A DNA stretch of 64,000 bases from Candidatus Calescibacterium sp. (GTDB taxonomy: Bacteria > Calescibacteriota > Calescibacteriia > Calescibacteriales > Calescibacteriaceae). The notes under the pieces were generated by a model, which was given only the letters and a program-made list of their open reading frames with translations, was not told the origin of the DNA and ran no database searches. Location: contig JAVVGL010000006.1 of assembly GCA_032249135.1 (NCBI GenBank), positions 1-64,000 of the forward strand. Direction: 5' to 3'. Shown in pieces: positions 58,601 to 64,000 of the stretch; position 1 is the stretch's first letter, and each line of letters starts with the position of its first letter. The translations under genes and the position numbers were made by a program.

Positions 58601-58618
58601 GTAAAAAGAAAGAAATGA
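52670..58618 (+). CDS. Giant Cys-rich surface protein with nidogen(NIDO)-like, CBM-like and Ig-like modules and a C-terminal Cys sorting signal
   Basis: Signal peptide after ATG 52670 (ORF track starts at TTG 52646); two F.F.F.G..Y...CIS.NG...F motifs; YSWRKNG/SYKIDDGEWSEW Ig-like modules; FGCS-TM-KR..KK. Confidence 0.85.
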   Translation: MTEQKKLGAILLNIFIVLSLPLIIKGEEIKRGDTDNQYETKGENTYDQYDEQRIMRELELLPILSLERTRRETGRAGRMYIGFADEVFRGRIIPKVVPKTATLAIDGIGCGISTGNIIGPSSTWGQSFQARWGYEVLNVGCPNDDAGWCDDKDWPAPSACVDANRDYICDCGWGGCVGGCDDINAPDCGYRERLGDMTGEFEGLLQYVAERLKEALVQRDLRILVNKSLCGKGSCVDTPWPLDHLCLTVNQDPTDNANIRERCWAPSKPLDPWVVYYNKTFVEVFPNPGKGTIDVILLLWAEGGVPGDPQGIPVSNRSNGNTNPSSDVCVELRLCGDSSGGGAFYADAIAIKASLYLVVQDNLVDVCVKDTELDIINSHVYLEGCVAGCFCDANPESPPLGNQSLSDEGLEETLGASIAPGIDNFLHGNCPGDRALSLCPKVAFRGWGYRGPCAPSIGCSFDATTGEMSCTCQVCPENNSYGPCPPGSVQCTHGIFPIDLNELLGGRSFSVTQYCGRPQHFAGENAAHLDPLKCWPGHYKAGDPTPPPPFNNPLTWYGTMSCGKGIYDIGCYMSKPPILTGTGCSAQIDAAIRPRDLSQSCSEMSFDGYPASPTFSGTSGFVVRAAFDADNYTPEPLLFPQSVPAAGTNCNIQGDGVDDDNGYCSVSIPFTFNFYFGSYTSMCISTNGFVRFGAAGADCGDATPDPIPYTNTPNAWAGPMWADLSIENEYLYYVSEVVPATWIDAYSCRIMGAMDVGASAGDPLDDTLVGNVNSACAGSNICGVSSLCNDEHSEPSYTTYNDCSYNQSIGWSFPFFGSNFSNVCISSNGIIYFRNDGICPAGALNIPTSPAAGGPNYSIAVVWKDLDPLTMTSDEDCSGCASCSFLCTGHDRHRGEFNGFGSVYKHYISGTCPTSGGSCSALVITWYRVVDFNVQPNNADNCSDNNDSNADCTNYAAGRDWCEVREGSNLYDCGCNPDCGAYGGCNATDDSNCRRICRCCIQGCQDQARAGQPNEWEAYKRQVQNTNTFQVVLWQDGTIDINVKEFTDTAGSCNGTTPRARMFLKQNSSRYIELSIAPNKSYRIFPLGYANTVCGTGRVIYGSGTCTRTTGSGTANCVRVRWENVHVKGQGICITMEARIMQDYTGTGAGAGSNYDIVFFMERFEVPIASLSPEQRKQLARLSDFTRSPGVENAAGDVGAYAYIPPDGNGLVMRWQGPWTYWIGVGISQDLMTDASNMLYSGVMCLSANVGGVNTADTQKYYDIFTTILPFNLSSADSAKTLFPFITNYCDPDGQVELRMKPSGVTQASARTGLQIPSVLIAGSTLDTFPYEGALGISVPQTCTEWGFSRCADVVFSFPNFKAEIWCHKNNLPTFAWIKDGITGPPTYVLGITSDWFIGADIEYAYISTGISMQAKLQDASGGNEYVYVKIADVSCAIASGDILEYWIRVDPATRRCALDAYFSGGGVLRNVPGLTDQNGIPAHPDGNLQTFCPDPNCTKTAPNTSCRCPVQDWYRRRISLSSFAGQTLQELAIGVEEDANGGYSCQIMGIKVLNSSGGVKCSFSGLRDMGIWARGGISSMQRYSYSVAGNTIGDIFIFADVKPNPRQIQSSVLLPSQIIGGIADIFGDILSGWLQGRIRTKFNIPLEINMPLHFVFKKVKPQGPDIQTDETNFNPWLSYGYPPGNIAPDYLVIYIDRFLGNIDVVSLMMGGLSLAPPAPYRRSQVSTSELISFDIPECSGKGEKCVLTPDVAKKYFTNFGPNNVNLRFGGGVIKYSWRKNGSMWKLPNSAAQSTLDIGTLLEGPNIIEIAPILDDGYFYDENPVILAIYMDTQPPYVSLRGGRELETGIMYFSGVPVFVLEYYDMSGEVFWSYKIDDGEWSEWIKGGVDNNGSGTGRIKADVSKGTHVLYLKLKDKWGNETSISKPFYFAKEGVFGCSSLSEVEVQEIVWKGISFAIFFFPVLVVVLMVKRNGKKTVKRKK

Positions 58619-58673
58619 TAGAAGGAAAAGGAGAGCCAAAAGAAGAAGATTAATAGATAAATAAAATAGATAA

Positions 58674-59960
58674 ATGATTTTCGGTTTAGTCTTTACCGCA
58701 AGTCTTATAAGGGGAATATTAGAAATACTACTTCTGACAAAAATAAGAGATATTCGGGAAATTTTTCCTTTTTTGTCTTTTTGGATTATTTGGTATTTTG
58801 TAGTCTTTTATACTGCATCAGCTATCATAAGCTTTTTTGCAAAAGAAAAGCTTGAAGATGTCATGAAGTTCATTTCAAAGTTTTTCTTTTTGATTATTTT
58901 GCCACCTATTGTAGATAGATTTTTGTTTGGAAGAACACAGCCTTATTTTTATGAAAAACCAGAAGATATTCTGAAACATTTTTTCTCTTTTTTCCTCACA
59001 ACAGAAAGAGTAGGTAAGGCTTTGGTTTTGAATGTTCTTTTCATTCATTTTTTTGTCTTTTTGTACACTTTTTTTGTTGTCTTCAAAAAAGAGAGGGTTT
59101 TCTCAAATTTTTCAAGGGCGTTCCTCAAAGCGTTCGCAAGAGCTCTTTTATGTTTCATCTCACTTTATACTGCTTCAAGTTTTTACGCGGTAGGAGGGTT
59201 TTTACCCGTAATTTTCCCTCTTGTTCCTATACTACCCTCGGTAGCTATACCATTTTATAATTCTGTTCATGGTTTTTTCTTTTCTGTTTTACTTTTTTTT
59301 CTGTTTTTTATAACACAAGCTGAAAAGTTGAAATTAGCCAAAACAAATCTAAAAAACTTTCTTTCTTTTCTTCATAGTTTTGGGTTTAATGCAAAATATA
59401 TCATACCTTTTTTGAGCGGATACATATTTTCTGGTTTTGGGATTTGGTATTTACCTACATTTTTTTATGTAGGTATTTCTGTTTTGTTTTTTGATGGCTT
59501 CAAAAGGGGCTCACAAATTTTTTTCCCTATTTTAGCAATAGCTTTATTTTCGCCTTACATCCTTGTTTCTTTCCTTATTTTAGTTTTGCTTCGCTACATC
59601 AGAGAGTTTTTTATTAAGGAGTTGGAGAGTGAGGATTTGGGGGAGCGTTTTTGGAACTTGAGCTTGGTTGTTTCGTTTTTCATGGGTTATGCGGCAGGAA
59701 AAATATATATTTTCTTCATTATAGATTTATTCCTTACTTTGTTTTTTTTATGTTTAGCTTTATTTTTGAATAATTTATATCTTTCTTTTTTGGGTTTTGT
59801 TCCGTTTTTGATTTTAGGAAAACCAGAATTTATTTTCCTATCTTTTGTTGGATATATAGTTTGTGTTTTATCTCAAAGGTACTGGAAATATGCAGTTTTG
59901 GCTAGTGTAGCTTTGATTTACTTTGTTCTGAAAAATTTAGAGTTTTGGTTTGGATTGTAA
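58674..59960 (+). CDS. Polytopic membrane protein, C-terminal half possibly a degenerate UbiA-like fold
   Basis: 12 or more hydrophobic segments; IILPPIVD motif; no Asp-rich motifs. Confidence 0.6.
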   Translation: MIFGLVFTASLIRGILEILLLTKIRDIREIFPFLSFWIIWYFVVFYTASAIISFFAKEKLEDVMKFISKFFFLIILPPIVDRFLFGRTQPYFYEKPEDILKHFFSFFLTTERVGKALVLNVLFIHFFVFLYTFFVVFKKERVFSNFSRAFLKAFARALLCFISLYTASSFYAVGGFLPVIFPLVPILPSVAIPFYNSVHGFFFSVLLFFLFFITQAEKLKLAKTNLKNFLSFLHSFGFNAKYIIPFLSGYIFSGFGIWYLPTFFYVGISVLFFDGFKRGSQIFFPILAIALFSPYILVSFLILVLLRYIREFFIKELESEDLGERFWNLSLVVSFFMGYAAGKIYIFFIIDLFLTLFFLCLALFLNNLYLSFLGFVPFLILGKPEFIFLSFVGYIVCVLSQRYWKYAVLASVALIYFVLKNLEFWFGL

Positions 59961-59975
59961 AAAAAATAAGGAATT

Positions 59976-62426
59976 TCACCTATTTCCTACAAGAAAAGAG
60001 GTTATGGAATCTGATAAGTTTATATTTCTTTTTTTTAGAGCCTTTTGAATTATGGCTAAAACATCGCTCAAATCTTGTAGATCTGGATTTTTCCATCCAC
60101 ATACCGCTTGAATTTCGTTCTGAATTTCTTCGCTTTGAGCAAAATTTAATGCCCAACACTTTTCTATAATAAAAGAGCCAGAAAAAGATGGGTCTTTGAA
60201 CTTCGCATAAATTGCCCCCGCTATTCCATCTTTTTTCAGCACATCAAAATGCTCAGTATCTTCGTCGTCTTTTTCAAAATCTATTTGAAATACTGGAACT
60301 ATTCCTTGCTCAGTAAATTGTAAAGCTGTTTCTGGTAGGTAATCACGCAGTGGCTTTGTTATAAACTTTGATAAACTTATTTTTATGAATGTTATAGGGA
60401 GTTGGAATTGCGGTAAAGGAAAGAAATTTATGAGTTCTGATACCTCAACAAATTCTGATTCTACTTTATCAAAAAAATCAAGCGTTTTCACAAGGTCAAA
60501 TGGAACTTGAGCGAAATAAATTTTTTTGTTCTCTGTGTTCTTGCATATTACATTTTCAGAGGGACAAATTGGAGCATTATCATATGCTTTCCCAAGTTCT
60601 ATTTTTGCTCTTTCAAGATTCTCTTTGAACGAATTTACAAGTTCGTTCACATCTACACCTTCTTTGAAATAAAGAGATTTATCAGAAAATGTTGAAGGTA
60701 TAATTTTTATTGTCTCAGGACTCACTTGACCTTGAACGATTTTTTTCAATCTTTCTTTGAAATCAAGATTATGACTTAGGATATATTTTGTTATTCCGTA
60801 AATGAGCCTTGTGATTGCAGATATAAAATTTGCTTCTGCATATCCAAAGTATCCAGATGTAATGAAAAAATCAATTTTCTCTGGAGTTGTCCATCGCGCA
60901 TTCTGAACCCTCTCGTAAATATCAGAAAGTTTTGAATGCAAATACTCTACTATATCAAGTCCAAAGCTCGGTATCTGTCCCCCAATTACGCTTTTTACAT
61001 CAATTATTATACCTATGATGTTAGATTCAGGTTGACGCCCAAACCTTCTTTCAAACTCATCAAGATACTTTATGCTTATTTTCAAATCCTTCTTTAATGA
61101 TTTCAGCATGTAAGATATTATGCAATCTTTTTCATCCTCTTCACACAAAAATATTTTGAGATTGAGGTTTTCTCCATAAGGTACGATCAAATCAAAGAAA
61201 GGGAAAAAGCCGTCTTTTTCTACCGTCAAAGTTATCCCATAAGGATACATTTTGACAACAACTATAAATTCTCCGGAGCTATCTGTTATTTTCTCTTCGC
61301 TTCCTTCACCAATAATTACTTTTGCCCCCGGGATTGGATTACCTTTTGAATCAAAAACTTTACCGGTTATGAGAATTCCCGATGAAAGAACAATTTGAAC
61401 TTGCGAGCTTTCCTCAGTCGGAGTTATAGAAACCTGCTCTGGGAAAAATCCCTGCTTCATCGCATATAAAACTCGTGGTTTTTGAGCGGGCAAATTCATA
61501 TACGCTATACCGTCGCTCCAAGATGACATCGCAAGAAAATCATCTCCAGCATAAATTATTACTCCTCCTTGACCATCTTCTGAAATTGCCTTTACCAGAA
61601 GTGTAATTTGAGGGAAAGACAAACCAGAAAATGGGTCTGTTCCTTTTTTGATTTCAAAATCGTTATCATATCCATCTCCATCTGCGTCAAAATCTTTTTC
61701 ATTTGGAATTGAATCAGAATCTAAATCTTTTGGATTGAAAGGAATATCATATTTGAACTCATGTGTTATGGAGCAGGGGAAGTTAAATATGAACCAGTTT
61801 TGAGTTATAAACCTGAAACTTGCTCGCTGATTCTTACTCCACGAAAATAAGTCCGGAGGACATATTATGGGAGCGAATTTTTCAGGGTTCTGAATAGGTG
61901 GTTCATCAAGAACAGTATCTCCGGTTATTACAACATCTACCGAGTTTATTATAATTCCTGCATCTTGCAATTCGGAAAAGATTATTTTGTGTTTGCCATA
62001 AGGTGCGTAGAGTGTATATTTTCCATCTTCTTTTACGGGTGCAAAAAATGGTAAGAATGCAACTCCAACGAGTTTGGGAAATCCCCGGAAATATGCTCCT
62101 CCCCATATTTTTGCTGCACCTGTTATATTTATGTTAAAATGTGTATCTTTTGTGATTTCAATTTCATCTGAGAACGCAAGATTGTCTTTTTTTGCGTAAA
62201 TGAGGTATTTGCCTTTTTTTAAGCTGAATTTGAAATTCCCATTTATATCGGTCTTTTGCGGTGGTGCTCCAACTATTCCTACTTCTGCTTGAATTACCGG
62301 TTCATCTCCATACAGAACTTTGCCTTCAAGTATAAAATACTCCTTTTTCCCGCAAAAAGAAAGAAAGTTTAAGGCAATAAGACAAAAGGATATTACTATT
62401 AGTTTCTTTTTGTTTCCAAATTTCAC
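59976..62426 (-). CDS. Lipoprotein with carboxypeptidase-regulatory-like beta-sandwich domains and a thrombospondin type-3-like Ca-binding repeat
   Basis: Lipobox-like LSFC; G.V...EPV..AEV, ITGKVFDS.GNPIPGAKV...TDS.GEF; DLDSDSIPNEKDFDADGDGYDN..E...GTDP. Confidence 0.8.
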   Translation of the reverse strand: MKFGNKKKLIVISFCLIALNFLSFCGKKEYFILEGKVLYGDEPVIQAEVGIVGAPPQKTDINGNFKFSLKKGKYLIYAKKDNLAFSDEIEITKDTHFNINITGAAKIWGGAYFRGFPKLVGVAFLPFFAPVKEDGKYTLYAPYGKHKIIFSELQDAGIIINSVDVVITGDTVLDEPPIQNPEKFAPIICPPDLFSWSKNQRASFRFITQNWFIFNFPCSITHEFKYDIPFNPKDLDSDSIPNEKDFDADGDGYDNDFEIKKGTDPFSGLSFPQITLLVKAISEDGQGGVIIYAGDDFLAMSSWSDGIAYMNLPAQKPRVLYAMKQGFFPEQVSITPTEESSQVQIVLSSGILITGKVFDSKGNPIPGAKVIIGEGSEEKITDSSGEFIVVVKMYPYGITLTVEKDGFFPFFDLIVPYGENLNLKIFLCEEDEKDCIISYMLKSLKKDLKISIKYLDEFERRFGRQPESNIIGIIIDVKSVIGGQIPSFGLDIVEYLHSKLSDIYERVQNARWTTPEKIDFFITSGYFGYAEANFISAITRLIYGITKYILSHNLDFKERLKKIVQGQVSPETIKIIPSTFSDKSLYFKEGVDVNELVNSFKENLERAKIELGKAYDNAPICPSENVICKNTENKKIYFAQVPFDLVKTLDFFDKVESEFVEVSELINFFPLPQFQLPITFIKISLSKFITKPLRDYLPETALQFTEQGIVPVFQIDFEKDDEDTEHFDVLKKDGIAGAIYAKFKDPSFSGSFIIEKCWALNFAQSEEIQNEIQAVCGWKNPDLQDLSDVLAIIQKALKKRNINLSDSITSFLVGNR

Positions 62427-62546
62427 TTATGTAAAAATTTTAGTTCTAAAATTTATTTTTGTTATTACTTTTTTTCTTTTTATATTTTTGATTAAGCCGA
62501 GATTTATTTTTTTATTTTTTTGTTTGTTTTTTGTTTGTTTTTTGTT

Positions 62547-63227
62547 ATGAATTTTGTTTTATATGAGTCAGCGATTTGTGTTTTGATTTCAGCTTTCGGT
62601 CTTGCTTCAACAAGGTTCAAGTTTTTGGAGCTCAAACACTATGTTTTTATTGTTTTTATATCTGCTCTTTTGGTTCTTACAAGATACTTTTTCTCAAAAC
62701 AAGAGAGCAGAATAAGGCTTTTGTCTCTTCCATCATCTCTTTTGCTGATTTTTCTTTCTTTGCCATCTCCGAAGCTTTTTTTAATTTCATTTGTTGCGCT
62801 TTACATTTTTTCAATTGAGATATTTTCTCCTTTTGAGTTTGGAAAAAAAATTCCTTTCTTGATAAAACCTGTTATTTTTGTAGTTTTTTATTTTTTGGGG
62901 TTTTACTATGTTGCAAATCCATTTTCTTTTGCAACTTATGATGCTCTTTATTATGCTCTTTTGATTGCAATTTTCGGCTTATTTTTTTCACTATCACAAA
63001 AACATTTTGCTTTCGGATTCCCGGCAGTTTTGACTTTTCCCATCTTCCACTCATCTTTACCTGTTATAGCACTATCTGGACTTACTCTTTTATCTTTATT
63101 TTTTATGAGAAAAGAGAAAAAGAACTTTTTGCCCTCTGTTTTATCTTTGTTTTTTCTCGTCTTTTTTATCTTGTACCTTTATGATGCACAAAGTATGCTC
63201 CCAGCAGGAGCTATATATATTTTTTAA
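62547..63227 (+). CDS. Polytopic membrane protein, possible degenerate UbiA paralogue
   Basis: About 8 TM segments; FLIS...SI..SP...GK..PF segment resembles the UbiA at 49128. ATG 62547 preferred over TTG 62520. Confidence 0.55.
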   Translation: MNFVLYESAICVLISAFGLASTRFKFLELKHYVFIVFISALLVLTRYFFSKQESRIRLLSLPSSLLLIFLSLPSPKLFLISFVALYIFSIEIFSPFEFGKKIPFLIKPVIFVVFYFLGFYYVANPFSFATYDALYYALLIAIFGLFFSLSQKHFAFGFPAVLTFPIFHSSLPVIALSGLTLLSLFFMRKEKKNFLPSVLSLFFLVFFILYLYDAQSMLPAGAIYIF

Positions 63228-63273
63228 TTGATATATATTTTTTGATTGATTTGATTTTTTTGCTAACTAATAT

Positions 63274-63984
63274 ATGTTGCCGCTTATACATTTGGGGTAT
63301 GGAATATACATTCCTATATATCCTATTGCAACTGCTATTTCAATATCTTTGGTAGCTTACCTTATTTTAAGGGAGGATGATAGATTTGCAGTTGAACTTG
63401 GGTTCTTTATTGTGTCTTTTATTTTATCTTCAAGAATTTTTTTGGGAAAGAAAATTCTGAATTTTTGGGAGAGCGGATATTCTCTCATGACGGGGGTAAG
63501 TATATCTTTCCCCCTCACACTTATTTTTCTTCTTATAAGAAAAAAAGATTTTTTATATTTTTTTGACCTGTGCTCAAAATATGCTCCGGTGGGACTTGCC
63601 ACACACAGAATATTCGGATGTTTCCTTGCAGGATGCTGTTGGGGAGTTCCAAGCTCTTTTGGTCTTGTGCCTCATCCTTGGTCACTTGCATTCAAATATA
63701 CTGGATACCAAAAACTTTTCCCAGTCCAGATTTTTGAAGGTTTGTGGTGGGTGATTTCTTTTTTCCTTGTGAATAAATCAAAAGACAAAACATTAACTTT
63801 TCTCCTTTGCCTTTTTATATCAAGACTATTTGAATATCTGAGGGGAGATATTGACCTTTTTTTCTACATAGGTAGAATAAAAGTTTCATTTTATCAGATT
63901 TTGGCAGCTTTTTTACTCTTATCTACCGCAGCAGTAAAATTTTTATTGAGTAAGAGAAAAGAAAAAAATAAAGGGAAAAATTAA
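63274..63984 (+). CDS. lgt: Prolipoprotein diacylglyceryl transferase (Lgt) family protein, divergent
   Basis: M.P.I, SRI, D.....P.GL...RI.GCFLAGCC.G.P, P.QI.E, R..EYLRGD, YQIL. Confidence 0.75.
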   Translation: MLPLIHLGYGIYIPIYPIATAISISLVAYLILREDDRFAVELGFFIVSFILSSRIFLGKKILNFWESGYSLMTGVSISFPLTLIFLLIRKKDFLYFFDLCSKYAPVGLATHRIFGCFLAGCCWGVPSSFGLVPHPWSLAFKYTGYQKLFPVQIFEGLWWVISFFLVNKSKDKTLTFLLCLFISRLFEYLRGDIDLFFYIGRIKVSFYQILAAFLLLSTAAVKFLLSKRKEKNKGKN

Positions 63985-64000
63985 AGAAAAGAAAGAAAAA

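Noticed and set aside
1470-63754. Numerous short overlapping or antisense ORFs in the track (e.g. 4734-5093, 11994-12386, 13243-14335, 21132-21755, 44137-44715)
   Set aside because: They lie within or opposite well-supported genes and have shadow-frame composition (Phe/Ser/Ile-rich) with no motifs

Overview
An AT-rich, gene-dense 64 kb bacterial chromosome segment from a diderm (it has a GspD secretin, outer-membrane barrel proteins, lipoproteins and Wzt). Lys/Glu-rich proteins hint at a thermophile, but that is inference and I cannot assign a taxon. It encodes about 41 proteins and 3 tRNAs (Asp-GTC, Arg-CCT, Lys-CTT). I found no rRNA, CRISPR array, integrase or IS. Housekeeping genes (rplL-rpoB-rpoC, rplP, nuoI, hslV, cysS, mtaB, tilS, ribH, accC, gspD) are mostly separated from their usual operon partners. 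Main points of interest: (1) a 47-64 kb envelope locus with a UbiA prenyltransferase, two apparent motif-less UbiA-like paralogues, a geranylgeranyl-reductase-family enzyme, a PAP2 phosphatase, two exported alpha/alpha-barrel-like proteins, a divergent Lgt and a 1990-aa Cys-rich surface protein with nested domains; (2) a shared FGCS-transmembrane-basic C-terminal sorting signal on that protein and on an M6 protease; (3) a DUF2946-like CxxC/RAPP leader ORF in front of a metal-uptake operon; (4) an Rpn nuclease gene split at an (AT)n run; (5) a near-consensus promoter between rpoB and rpoC, both of which carry large insertions; (6) an orphan TraB/VirB10-like domain; (7) all three tRNAs abut a downstream start codon. 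Family calls come from motif recognition by eye, not from database searches.
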